Origin: Thermoplasmatales archaeon
GTDB lineage: Archaea; Thermoplasmatota; Thermoplasmata; Thermoplasmatales; GCA-001856825
NCBI GenBank assembly: GCA_026127935.1
Contig: JAJSLL010000001.1
Location: 64,040-128,039, forward strand
Direction of reading: 5' to 3'
Length of the DNA: 64,000 nucleotides
Each line of letters opens with the position of its first letter. Position 1 is the stretch's first letter. The position numbers and the translations under genes were made by a program. The notes under the pieces are model-generated. The model was not told the DNA's origin. It was given only the letters and a program-made list of their open reading frames with translations, and did not search any database. Positions 47,574 to 57,263 of this stretch are shown piece by piece.

Positions 47574-48929
47574 GTGAAGGCAGAATGTATATATAGCATA
47601 ATTCTAAGTCTTACTATCGCATCAAATAGAGAGAGCAGCAGTGTCACAGGCGTTCTATCACTTCTTTCATTGCTACTGGTGTTGTTCGCCACGCCTGCCA
47701 TAATAACATTAGGATGGTTGTCTCGTTCCAATCTGACATACGTTTTCAATGCTTGGATGCTGGTCGCAGTTCTCACACTGATACTCTTGGCCATTCTCTG
47801 CATGCATGCGATGCTCAAGGAGGAGGCTAGAAAATCCAAAGAGAATGACCTGTCTGAGATTAGAAGGGACCTATTGTCATTATTGAAATACAGGCACATC
47901 CTAATTCCCATGCTCATCCTCTCAATTTTTGGGGGCGTCGGATACTTTCTTCGTCTTTTCTCAGCATACTTTTCACTGCAACTGGTTTACGCGGCGGTAA
48001 TAATCCTGGCACTCGAAACGGTATTTCACTCTCTCTACAGATACTGGCCGGTAATGCTCAAGGGTAGTACTCGCTATCAGAACCTTCTCACAACTGTCAT
48101 AATAATCATTGGCCTACTCCTTTCTCTTCTCGTGATAGGAACTGCAGGAGTCCTTTTGGTCTCCATTTTATTCGCTGGATTCATCCTTGTGGGAGGGATC
48201 GGACTTGCCTTCGTCGTTGATATTGCTGCATCGGATGTTTCGCGTTATCTTTCAGCAAGAACGAAGATCGTCCTGCCTATTGTTCTGATAGTTTATGCCA
48301 TAATAGCTATATGGTCGTGGCTAGCCGGAGATATTATAGATCACTTGGGGGTCATCATTGCTAATGGAAATGGACTTTTATTGGCATTAACCCTGAAAAG
48401 CGAAACTCAATCTCTCCTATCTGGTGCCAACGTATCTCTGTTAAGTATATCAGTTGCCCTTGCAGTTACTGCGTTATATGCAACATTCTTGAAATTCAAG
48501 AAAGGGCTCGATGGTAGAAAACTCTACTTCGCTCTCGTTTCAGTTCCAATAGCTGGTTTCGTGTTCCTCTATCTTGCAATTTTGACGGACGGTGATTGGA
48601 TTGCGTCAGCTGGCTCTATTGGGAATACGAGTCCGTACGTGCTTCAGCTGTTTCCATCTATCGTGTTGTTTGTTGTAGGGTATTCACAGATTCTCGTGGA
48701 AATTCCTAGAAAAACTTCAAGGACGCTCCTGATGCAAGAGAACAAGTTCTTGATAGCTCTCACTTGGCTCATAATATTCTCTGCTCTAGCTGAATTTCTG
48801 AGTTGGTTGGTATTCGGGCAACCGACTGCATTCATTTTTGAAGTAGACGTCGTTCAATGGTTTGGGATCTCAATAGGCATAGCCTTAATTGCACTGAAAC
48901 ATATTAGTACCAAAAATGACTGGAGATGA
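47574..48929 (+). CDS. Polytopic membrane protein, function unknown; start uncertain
   Basis: 451 aa by ORF track with at least 10 hydrophobic segments. A TATA-like tgtatatatag lies inside the first codons, so the real start is probably further downstream. Confidence 0.5.
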   Translation: MKAECIYSIILSLTIASNRESSSVTGVLSLLSLLLVLFATPAIITLGWLSRSNLTYVFNAWMLVAVLTLILLAILCMHAMLKEEARKSKENDLSEIRRDLLSLLKYRHILIPMLILSIFGGVGYFLRLFSAYFSLQLVYAAVIILALETVFHSLYRYWPVMLKGSTRYQNLLTTVIIIIGLLLSLLVIGTAGVLLVSILFAGFILVGGIGLAFVVDIAASDVSRYLSARTKIVLPIVLIVYAIIAIWSWLAGDIIDHLGVIIANGNGLLLALTLKSETQSLLSGANVSLLSISVALAVTALYATFLKFKKGLDGRKLYFALVSVPIAGFVFLYLAILTDGDWIASAGSIGNTSPYVLQLFPSIVLFVVGYSQILVEIPRKTSRTLLMQENKFLIALTWLIIFSALAEFLSWLVFGQPTAFIFEVDVVQWFGISIGIALIALKHISTKNDWR

Positions 48930-49027
48930 CAAAAGTCATACAATTTGGTCATCGATATGAAAACAGTGAAAAGAAACCGCAAATAATATGTATTCAGATA
49001 ATGTATGACGATAGAGCATTTTTTCAC

Positions 49028-49067
49028 AAAGTATATATATTGTCAATGATGTCAGAGTTTTGGAGGT
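49028..49067 (+). promoter_or_regulatory. Candidate strong promoter (TATA-like aaagtatatatatt) plus Shine-Dalgarno GGAGGT for the surface-protein gene
   Basis: The AT-rich TATA-like box lies about 40 nt upstream of the ATG at 49076. GGAGGT at 49062..49067 lies 8 nt upstream of the ATG. Confidence 0.35.
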
Positions 49068-49075
49068 TTTAATTA

Positions 49076-52000
49076 ATGTATAAACCTAACAACAAGAAAA
49101 TGCTTACGGTAATCGTATCTCTGTTCATGGTATTCAGCGCTTTCGCAATTCTATCTCTAGCAGCAGAACCAGCGTACGCAGCAACGGGAGGTTTCACAAC
49201 GGACCCAACAGTATTTGCGGTAACCAGCTCTACAGTAGTAACATTCGCTGGTAGTGCATCATTCACATCTGGATCGACAATCACCTTCTATGTTAACACA
49301 GTAAACACCTTCCCTTCCGGGGCTACGTCTGTTGGGACCATAACCCTTGGTGCTGGCGCTACGTCTCTAGCAGGTCTCTCTACGACCTTTAATACAAACG
49401 GCTTAAAGGCAGGATCTTATTATCTAGCTGCAACTGATGGAAGTGGATTTGCTTCAGGCGGATCGATAACTGTATCCTCGCTGACCCCGGAAATAGCGGT
49501 CAGCGGTTCCACCCAGTCCGGCGGAACAGCAGTGATATCAAGTGTAACTGGATTTCCATTTGATGCTTCTGCAGATGTGGGAGTCTATCTTAATTATGCT
49601 GGAGGAACAACCCTAATTTCTTCAGTAGCGGTTGGTTCCGATGGATACATACCTGCAGATACAACATTCACAATCCCCACAAACATTCCTCAGTCAACAT
49701 ACAACATAGTAGCACAAGAGCTTTCAACTGGTTCGCCCCCTAATGCTGGAATAACAGCTTACACTACACTCTCTTTAACTCCGGCTATATCTGTCAGCGT
49801 AGCTGACATTTCCGGATCAACGTCTTCTGCGTTTACGATAACGGGTACAGGATTTGCAGCAAGCGCAACCATAGCTTCATACACATCATCCAATGGGGCT
49901 GTAACAGTCGGTGGCGTTGATGCGCTTCAAGGCGGAGTCACAACGAGTTCTGGCGGAGGATTCACCTTATCAGTAACTGGACTTGCATCCGCAATTGCAA
50001 CGACCGGGCCACAATCGATTGTAATAACAACTTCACCAGCTACAACATCCAATTCTTTCCCTGCAGCCATTTATGTTTCTTCTCCTACGGGAACTCCATC
50101 ATTAATGGTCAGCGATGAAATTACGGCGACAAACAACGGAAATGTTGGCGATACTGTTGATCTGGTTGTTCTTAACATGCTCGCAAGCAGTTCTGTTACG
50201 ATATCTATGGCAGGAAACACGCTTGCCTCTGCCTCTACAGACGCAAATGGATTCTTGTCAACGACTGGAACAGTTCCAGCAGTAGCGGGTGGGTCCTACA
50301 CGGTACTAGCGCAGACAGCCTCATCTTCTACAGTAACTGAGTCCGTAACTTCTACGTTCACGGTTCTTCCAGCAATAACTTACGGTTCAAGCCCAATAAC
50401 CGGAGAGTACGCGCCAACTTCAGCTGCAATATATGTGGTTGGATCTGGTCTAACTCCCAACACTGAATACGCAATCACAGACAGCGGATTTGTGTCGCTT
50501 GGCGGAACAGGAAACATATTTGCTGATGCTCACTCTGGTGTATACACTGGAACGATTACAGTCACAACCGGAACCGCCGCCGCAGATAACATGGGAATAG
50601 ATTCTACAGTCACTGGACAGTTCGCTCTACACTATACTGCAAGCTACTACAAACTTGCGACAGGTTCCAACGAGACAGTCTCCGTAACAGGCGGATCACT
50701 CAGTGCTCAGTCAACATACTACTACGCAACTGGGAAGGCTACTGTGACAGTAGCAGCATTCTCATATAACTATCAGTCTGCAACTCAAACTGTTTCTCTG
50801 ACAGTCAGCGGTCTGATTCCATACGGCTCTTCGATTGCCACTGTGTCCGGTACTCAGCCTTCCTACACATACAAGCTGTTCTCCGGATCAGCTGGAACGA
50901 CTGCTGAATCAGTATATGTCAACGGTGCAACTAGCTCTTCTTCAACATTCCATACCAGCACGGGGTCAGTTTCCCTGACCTTTGCGGCAAATGCTCTGGC
51001 AAATGGATACAACCTGATAAACATAGTATATTCTGCATATACGCCCTCAACTTCTTCTGCGATTGTAGGGTATTCTGATGTAATTGGAAGTACTGCAGGA
51101 TCTTCTGCAGGTGCAATCTATACCGTTACATCCTCTGATAATCCGGCAGCACCGCTGGAATACTACCTTTATGATTTCCCGGCTTCAACAACAGTGACGT
51201 ATTCCTACTATACTGTAGCTGGAAAACAGACTGCGACTGTAACTACAGACGCTAATGGCGCGGCAGATGTTGTGTTCAACGCTCCAATGACACCCGCGGG
51301 AGCATACAATCTTGTCTTCTCTGTCACCGTCTCAGGAACTACAACTTCAACACCAACCTCGTTCTCTGTGCTGCCAACACTTTCTGACGTACCGTCATCT
51401 AATTCAGCATATCCAGAATCTGCGTCCGCTGCGACGACTGGACTGATTCCGGGGCAAAACGTAACGCTATATGCGTATGGGCTCTCTCCTCAGACATACT
51501 ATGCCGTGTACTTGTACACGAGTGCTACTCCGGCCTCTGGCACATCTGCTCTGGGCTATTTCACAACGGACAACTCAGGGAGTTACAATGCTGGAATCAC
51601 GGTAGCTCTGCCTATGGATTTGGTATCTGGAACTGGCTACTATCTAGATGTACTTCCTGCAGTTACAACTCTTCCAGCCACTGCAACAGCTGATTACACC
51701 TTTACCGCTGCGACATTCAATAACATATTTGGCCCAACATTCAACTATACAACGAATACTGAATATGCGTTCCCACTTGAACTGGTCAACTTTGCGTGGG
51801 TTCCAGGAACTCTACCGCATACGGTAGGCGGTGCCTATGGACCAATTGAAGTCACGGTTCTATTAAACGGTACTGCATACACGACATTCCCTGCTGCCTA
51901 TGACTCTACAACAGGTGTTCTCTCTGGTTCCTTCACGATGCCTAACAATGATACAGGAGCTTACTGGAGCTTCCAACTTGAGTGGACCCAGGAAGACCTC

Positions 52001-52708
52001 GGAACATCATTCAGTTCTTACACTCTGCCTTCTGCAAGTGCACCAACACTCCAGCTGGTATCTGGTGCAGGTGCATTGATAGTTGGCATATCAACTTCGG
52101 GCCTATCAACCATCGTGACAAACGCGGTCAACGCTGCGTTTACAGTACCCCTTAGCGAACTAAGTGCAAACATAACGGCACTGCACGGAGATATTGCCAC
52201 CATAACTACAGCTTTTGGAACCATGAACGCTTCACTCAAGGCAATCAACGCAACTGTTGCAAGCATCGAGAGCGGACAGGTTCTGGTACAGACAGACCTA
52301 GGCTCCATAAAGACATCTCTTGCTTCACTCAATGCTAGCTTAGTCGCATTCAACGGAAATGTTGCGACGATCAGCACAACGCTTGGCCAGGTGCAGACAT
52401 CCCTCAGCAGCATCGGAACACAGGTAACGACAAATGGAAACGGAATTGCAACGATAACTACTGACCTTGGAACGTTGTCTGGAACGGTCACTTCCACAAG
52501 CGGCAATGTTGCAAGCATATCAACGAGCCTCGGAGATCTGAATGCAACGGTATCTAAGATAAGCAGCAACACTTCGGGATTCTCGACACTCGAGGTATTC
52601 CTGATAGTCATCGTGGTGCTGGTGCTAATAACACTGGTTCTATCATTCCTGGCTATCAGCAGTGTCAACAGGGTGTCAAAGAAGATAGAAGAGCAGAAGA
52701 AGCAGTAA
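49076..52708 (+). CDS. Large S-layer-like surface (glyco)protein with a C-terminal repeat stalk and TM anchor
   Basis: 1210 aa. A signal/anchor segment (MLTVIVSLFMVFSAFAILSLAAEPAYA) precedes about 1000 aa of Ser/Thr/Ala/Gly-rich sequence with many N-x-S/T sequons. The C-terminal ~170 aa hold periodic repeats (..GDIATITTAFGTMNASL..GNVATISTTLGQVQTSL..GIATITTDLGTLSGTV..GNVASISTSLGDLNATV..). A TM helix and a basic tail follow. Confidence 0.7.
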   Translation: MYKPNNKKMLTVIVSLFMVFSAFAILSLAAEPAYAATGGFTTDPTVFAVTSSTVVTFAGSASFTSGSTITFYVNTVNTFPSGATSVGTITLGAGATSLAGLSTTFNTNGLKAGSYYLAATDGSGFASGGSITVSSLTPEIAVSGSTQSGGTAVISSVTGFPFDASADVGVYLNYAGGTTLISSVAVGSDGYIPADTTFTIPTNIPQSTYNIVAQELSTGSPPNAGITAYTTLSLTPAISVSVADISGSTSSAFTITGTGFAASATIASYTSSNGAVTVGGVDALQGGVTTSSGGGFTLSVTGLASAIATTGPQSIVITTSPATTSNSFPAAIYVSSPTGTPSLMVSDEITATNNGNVGDTVDLVVLNMLASSSVTISMAGNTLASASTDANGFLSTTGTVPAVAGGSYTVLAQTASSSTVTESVTSTFTVLPAITYGSSPITGEYAPTSAAIYVVGSGLTPNTEYAITDSGFVSLGGTGNIFADAHSGVYTGTITVTTGTAAADNMGIDSTVTGQFALHYTASYYKLATGSNETVSVTGGSLSAQSTYYYATGKATVTVAAFSYNYQSATQTVSLTVSGLIPYGSSIATVSGTQPSYTYKLFSGSAGTTAESVYVNGATSSSSTFHTSTGSVSLTFAANALANGYNLINIVYSAYTPSTSSAIVGYSDVIGSTAGSSAGAIYTVTSSDNPAAPLEYYLYDFPASTTVTYSYYTVAGKQTATVTTDANGAADVVFNAPMTPAGAYNLVFSVTVSGTTTSTPTSFSVLPTLSDVPSSNSAYPESASAATTGLIPGQNVTLYAYGLSPQTYYAVYLYTSATPASGTSALGYFTTDNSGSYNAGITVALPMDLVSGTGYYLDVLPAVTTLPATATADYTFTAATFNNIFGPTFNYTTNTEYAFPLELVNFAWVPGTLPHTVGGAYGPIEVTVLLNGTAYTTFPAAYDSTTGVLSGSFTMPNNDTGAYWSFQLEWTQEDLGTSFSSYTLPSASAPTLQLVSGAGALIVGISTSGLSTIVTNAVNAAFTVPLSELSANITALHGDIATITTAFGTMNASLKAINATVASIESGQVLVQTDLGSIKTSLASLNASLVAFNGNVATISTTLGQVQTSLSSIGTQVTTNGNGIATITTDLGTLSGTVTSTSGNVASISTSLGDLNATVSKISSNTSGFSTLEVFLIVIVVLVLITLVLSFLAISSVNRVSKKIEEQKKQ

Positions 52709-52718
52709 ACTCAACAAA

Positions 52719-52739
52719 TTTTATTCCTTTTTTATTTTC
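52719..52739 (+). terminator. T-rich tract after the surface-protein gene (archaeal oligo-T terminator candidate)
   Basis: ttttattccttttttattttc begins about 10 nt after the stop at 52708. Confidence 0.35.
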
Positions 52740-52866
52740 AATTTTATGAGTTCTGGAACTTGATCAGATAGGAATGAAGATAACGCTTTAATTTTTCCCA
52801 TCAAAGTTTCCCAATCAGAATTTGAAGAGATGGAAAGAATTATCAAAATGAAATTGATAGCTTTGA

Positions 52867-53970
52867 GTGCAAAGGCCTTCAGTATTGTTCGTAGCATTCA
52901 TCATTGCCCTATCAATCTTCGTACCTTTTTCTGAGGCAGCCCCGAGCCCAAATCATTCAGTGATGTTCATTGAGACGGGATTGCCACAGAACCTTAGCTG
53001 GTATGTTTCATTCAACGGAACGGCCGTCACAACGGAGAACTCCAGCGTGACCTTCCAAGTACCAAACGGGAATTATTACTATTTTGCTGGAACGATATCG
53101 GGGTTCAATGCATCTCCAGGGCACGGTGTTTTAACGGTTGATGGCAACAACATAACGGTGGATATCCACTTTCAGGTCACATATTACAACATCACATTCA
53201 TTGAGACGGGATTGCCAGCGGGTAGCGCCTGGCAGATAGATTTCAGCGGGAAATCAGTACTTCTGAACAACACGAGCTTCGTGTTCCGCGAATACAGAGG
53301 ATCGTACCCATTTTCCATCAAATCTTTCAATGTCACATATCGTCCTTATCCCGCGTCAGGCACCGTAGATGTAACAAATTCAAACGTTACTGAAATGATA
53401 AACTTCCGTCAGCAGAACTACACCGTAACGTTCGTAGAGCAAGGACTGGTCAGTGGAACTGCCTGGTCCGTGAACGTTTCTGGACAAGAACAAAATTCAA
53501 GCTCGAATAGGATGAATTTCCAATTGACCAACGGCACATACGATTATTCCGTTTCACCCATAAACGGGTACAACGTCACGGGGGGGAACGGGACTTTCAC
53601 AGTGAATGGACAGAACTTATTCTTTCAGATTGATTTCATATCCACGCAACCTTATACCTTCATAGTTGAAGGATTGTCGCAGGGAAGCCACTGGTACGTT
53701 CAGATAGGCGGGACTAACTACAGTTCTAACTCCTCGTTCATGACACTCTATCTTCCAAACGCCACCTACAACTATAGGGTCGTTCTGCCTTATGGGTATT
53801 CAGGCACGGGCGTTAAGGGCACAATCAGTTATTATAACAATGTAGTCATAGTGAGCGCATCAGATTTACTGCTCACCTACATTATCATCATCGTTCTCGT
53901 TGTCCTCTTGGACCTTCTCTTGGTCTTCTATATCTTAAGAAGACGAGCAAGGAAGGCGGCAAAACAATGA
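52867..53970 (+). CDS. Surface protein with four tandem ~80-aa repeats and a C-terminal TM anchor
   Basis: 367 aa with a signal peptide. Repeat starts are VMFIETGLPQNLSWYVSFNG, ITFIETGLPAGSAWQIDFSG, VTFVEQGLVSGTAWSVNVSG and TFIVEGLSQGSHWYVQIGG. Each repeat has an NGxY motif and many sequons. It ends in a C-terminal TM helix plus RRRARKAAKQ. Confidence 0.6.
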   Translation: MQRPSVLFVAFIIALSIFVPFSEAAPSPNHSVMFIETGLPQNLSWYVSFNGTAVTTENSSVTFQVPNGNYYYFAGTISGFNASPGHGVLTVDGNNITVDIHFQVTYYNITFIETGLPAGSAWQIDFSGKSVLLNNTSFVFREYRGSYPFSIKSFNVTYRPYPASGTVDVTNSNVTEMINFRQQNYTVTFVEQGLVSGTAWSVNVSGQEQNSSSNRMNFQLTNGTYDYSVSPINGYNVTGGNGTFTVNGQNLFFQIDFISTQPYTFIVEGLSQGSHWYVQIGGTNYSSNSSFMTLYLPNATYNYRVVLPYGYSGTGVKGTISYYNNVVIVSASDLLLTYIIIIVLVVLLDLLLVFYILRRRARKAAKQ

Positions 53971-55993
53971 GTCCAGCAAAAGCAATCCCGCCGATTGCGA
54001 GCTGACTGTCATCGGGCTTTCCCAGGGGCTTGACCATCTGGACTGTGAGGACCGGTAATTCATCAGGTATACCGTAGAATGGCCCACTGTACCTTATGAT
54101 CACGGTCCCTCCCAGCTGGTCGGGTTCCACGGTGCCGTTTGATATGACCTTGTCGTCTATTGTCGCTGATCCGAATGTGGGAATGCCAGTTATTGAAAGT
54201 GCCAGCGATGTAGAGTTGTGTAACTGAAGAGGGGCTGAAGAGTTCACAATCATCAAGTATTTGCCGCTGATATATGGGCCAGCGTTGAATGAAAACACCG
54301 TTGAATCACCCGACTGTGACTGTGATTCCTGGAGGGAAATTGAAGATGTTGAATTCTCAATGATAAGGGAGACTTCTCCTGGCGAAGTTCCCATAAGCTG
54401 CATCTTCGCATTAAGCAAAGGGTATGGTAGGGAAAAGGCTTGCATGAAGTTCCCGCTCTTCACCGCACTATCTCCAGAAAGCGTGTAGATGCCGTAATAA
54501 TTACTTGGGAATTCAATTTTACCAAGGAAATGGTTTATCCCTGCCTGGTCCATTGATCCCAGATCAGGAAAGTAGTAGGTCGCAACCAGAGATGTTCCAA
54601 CTATGTACTCATTTGACCCATGGGCTGTGAAGGAATCAATGCTAGGCGAAAGGTACATGTTCTGGGGAATGGACGATGCAACAGGTGCTAGCAGAACTAC
54701 ACCTACCAGCACTATTGCACCTATTGTAGCCGATTGCGCAATCAGGGACTTTCTCAGCCTTGCCATATTGCCCTCTTTCCTCAGGAGGGAAAGTGGGATG
54801 AACAGGAGCAGTGAGGCCACGTATAGGGTCCCAGCAATGCTGTTGGTCCATGAGGGAAAGGTTGAATAAGGATAGATATTTGTCGTCAGAATCTTCATGT
54901 TGAGGCCCGAAAAATATACGATGAACCCCACGTGAGTTATCGTCTGCATCACAATGAAACTGAAGAGGGACGAGACCCACATCAACCCGATATATATCCA
55001 TCTTTTCAGCATGAGGCTGGCGATTATTGCCAACGGGATCATCGCTGCCATATAGCTCGGAAGATTGTAGGGGGCAAGTGCCGCGAACAGAACGCCCTGT
55101 ATTAGGAGGAAAATGATGAGCGTCTCAGCGTTTACATTTCTCTTTCTGACAAATAGATAAGAAAGTGAAAAGACTATTGAAGAACCATAATACAGGATGT
55201 TGTATAGCTGCCCAGGTACAATTCCGCCTTTCCCAAACACGCTCAGGAAATCAAATATGTCATAATATGGGGGGGACGAGTACGGGGAAAGATACCCAGA
55301 AGGGCTGTTAGGTGAAATGCCAATCTGTCCTCTTTGTATAAAGAAGAATAGGATGACAAGCTGGCCTAGAGCAGCAAAGAGCGATGAAACTGCTAGGAAC
55401 ATCACTGCATCCCTCTTCTTGCCATTTACCATTATGTATCTTGCGACGATCGGGATCCCAAATACTGGATAAAGATACATACCGGCGGAAATTCCGTACA
55501 TTATGGCGGTGAGCAGATACTTCCTGGTCAGCGCAAGGTAGATGCTGACTAAAAGGAAGAATACTGATACCACTATAGCAGAGCCGTATATAACGGAAGT
55601 GAAGAAATATATTGGAGACGTCAGGAACAGCAGCGCTGCGTAAATCTCATTGAATTTCAATTGTTTTGCAATCTTATACAGGACCCACGAAGAGAGGAAA
55701 GTGAATAGTATGAAGGGTATTTTCACCCCAGACTGGATGAACAGGACGTTACTTCTTAGGAACAGAGACAAGAGAGCTATAGGAAAATACCCCGCGACGT
55801 TGATCGCGTCCAAAAAGATGCCCTGGGACAGATACAAAAATGGGCTCCCGTGGAGATAATAGAACATCTGCGAATTGAATGCATAGATCGCATCATCAAA
55901 TGGATGAGCAGCTATTATTCCTATGAACGCATAAGCTAGACCGACAAGAAGAAACCCAAGGAACAACAGAATATTTCGCCTGTTTTTCTCCAT
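53888..55993 (-). CDS. Large polytopic membrane protein with a C-terminal extracytoplasmic domain; possible GT-C-fold glycosyltransferase
   Basis: 701 aa with about 13 TM segments. An acidic DD pair lies in the first loop (AAHPFDDAIYAF), as in PMT/ArnT-like enzymes. A ~270-aa non-membrane domain and a terminal TM helix follow. The neighbourhood is glycosylation genes. No diagnostic motif was recognised. Confidence 0.4.
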   Translation of the reverse strand: MEKNRRNILLFLGFLLVGLAYAFIGIIAAHPFDDAIYAFNSQMFYYLHGSPFLYLSQGIFLDAINVAGYFPIALLSLFLRSNVLFIQSGVKIPFILFTFLSSWVLYKIAKQLKFNEIYAALLFLTSPIYFFTSVIYGSAIVVSVFFLLVSIYLALTRKYLLTAIMYGISAGMYLYPVFGIPIVARYIMVNGKKRDAVMFLAVSSLFAALGQLVILFFFIQRGQIGISPNSPSGYLSPYSSPPYYDIFDFLSVFGKGGIVPGQLYNILYYGSSIVFSLSYLFVRKRNVNAETLIIFLLIQGVLFAALAPYNLPSYMAAMIPLAIIASLMLKRWIYIGLMWVSSLFSFIVMQTITHVGFIVYFSGLNMKILTTNIYPYSTFPSWTNSIAGTLYVASLLLFIPLSLLRKEGNMARLRKSLIAQSATIGAIVLVGVVLLAPVASSIPQNMYLSPSIDSFTAHGSNEYIVGTSLVATYYFPDLGSMDQAGINHFLGKIEFPSNYYGIYTLSGDSAVKSGNFMQAFSLPYPLLNAKMQLMGTSPGEVSLIIENSTSSISLQESQSQSGDSTVFSFNAGPYISGKYLMIVNSSAPLQLHNSTSLALSITGIPTFGSATIDDKVISNGTVEPDQLGGTVIIRYSGPFYGIPDELPVLTVQMVKPLGKPDDSQLAIGGIAFAGLIVLPPSLLVFLRYRRPREGPRGQRER

Positions 55994-56127
55994 CTATGGT
56001 TTGGAATACTGAGTGGCTATTTTACGTTTTCATTTCAATTATACGAAGATGGAAAGCAATGACATTTGTCATATCTTGTTACAGAACAGTTTCGAAACGC
56101 ATTTCTAATGTTTTTGGGTAGACTAGA

Positions 56128-56778
56128 TTACAGGAATAATGCCGATATCATTACCCTCAACCTCTGCAACCACCATGGTATCAAAAGCATCATGAAGTCA
56201 AGATCCTGCCTGCTGAACGTTTTCAGGACCTTTATTATACGGGAATAAATGGCAAATGCCAGCAGGATATAGGCAAAGAGCTTCAGCGGAGAATAGAGGA
56301 ATAATTTCTGAAGTCCAAAGATAACAAAAAACATGACGAAGTCTGCAATGTAGGTCTTAGCTATCTCAATCCCCCTCAAATTTCAGTATGTCAAACTTCT
56401 TTGCGTAATAATACATCACAAAGGAAGATACAACCGATATAGATGCGTATCCTATTGAGGCACCTATCATCTGGTTTTGGTATGAGGAGAATCGAGAGAA
56501 TGAAATTCGAGAGAAGAGCGACGGAAGATGAAATAAGAAAAATCTTTGTCTTCCTTATCCCCTGCAAAGAGACTGAGAGTATATTGCCTGAGACGAAAAT
56601 GGAACTGGCTCCGAGAACTATGATGACCTGCACCGACGCAGGAAGGTAAACGCTGCTTGCGAGGAACAGCAGGATAGATGAGGAGAGTGCGGCTACAAGC
56701 ATCGCCATGGGCACATATATAGTGCTTATGAGTTCTATACCCTTCGCCACGTAATTCTTCATTTCCTTCTTTCCTCAT
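56128..56778 (-). pseudogene. C-terminal ~40% of a Wzx-type flippase paralogue, frameshifted
   Basis: ORF-track pieces 56391..56762 and 56128..56379 align to residues ~295-507 of the intact flippase. Examples are KGIELISTIYVPMAMLVAALSSSILLFLASSVYLP versus KAIELLLAFYVPVSLVVAAISPSILLFLANPSYLP, and YSPLKLFAYILLAFAIY versus YSPLKMVAYILLGFVIY. Confidence 0.7.
56757..56769 (+). repeat. Left copy of the direct repeat flanking the flippase cassette (CTTCATTTCCTTC)
   Basis: It matches 58788..58802 (CTTCATTTGCCCTTC) apart from a 2-nt indel. Both copies lie exactly at the break points of the decayed paralogue. Confidence 0.6.
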
Positions 56779-57263
56779 GGTCTATATATCTTTTATATCT
56801 TGAGGAGGAGAATTGTGGCTAATGGTCAGATGATGAAGATGATATCAGAGTTTATTAGTAAGGCGAAGTCGTAAAGTCAAGTAGGGAGAAGTTAGGAGAT
56901 ATGAACTTTGAATCTGTCGTCATAGCTTGCCCGATGGCCGATGAAAGACTAAAGCAAAATGGGGAATGCGCATTTCCATAATGAGCTTATCTTGATCCTT
57001 TCTCTCACGTTTCCACAGATGCATCTGGCTCTTTAGATGTTCTTGGCCTAATCGGGTATCTTCCTTGCACTCCTGTGAGCACGGGGGCAACGAAAATGGG
57101 CATTACCCGGTATATGGAAGCCATATTGTCTATCATCACCTTCCTATTCATAGAATTCCAATAAAATGATTCTTGGATAAAATGCAGCAATAGATCGCCT
57201 TATGAATTGAAGCACTTTGTAAGGAAAGGAACAGTAAAATAGGTGTTGAAGTTATGGCAGTGA

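Noticed and set aside
47574-47640. GTG start of the 451-aa membrane protein immediately after the tnpB relic.
   Set aside because: A TATA-like box lies within these codons, so the true start is probably downstream. I kept the ORF-track coordinates but flagged the uncertainty rather than proposing a precise alternative.
56829-56835. C-box-like ATGATGA, considered as a possible C/D-box sRNA. A GTGATAG...CTGA pair near 26143..26185 was also considered.
   Set aside because: No CTGA D/D' boxes occur at the required ~12-nt guide spacing, and no terminal stem is present.
57005-57190. 61-aa minus-strand ORF in the flippase upstream region; also 28712..28966, 29165..29389 and 34356..34595.
   Set aside because: They have no motifs and odd composition, and they sit in likely promoter or eroded regions. 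I could not support them as genes.
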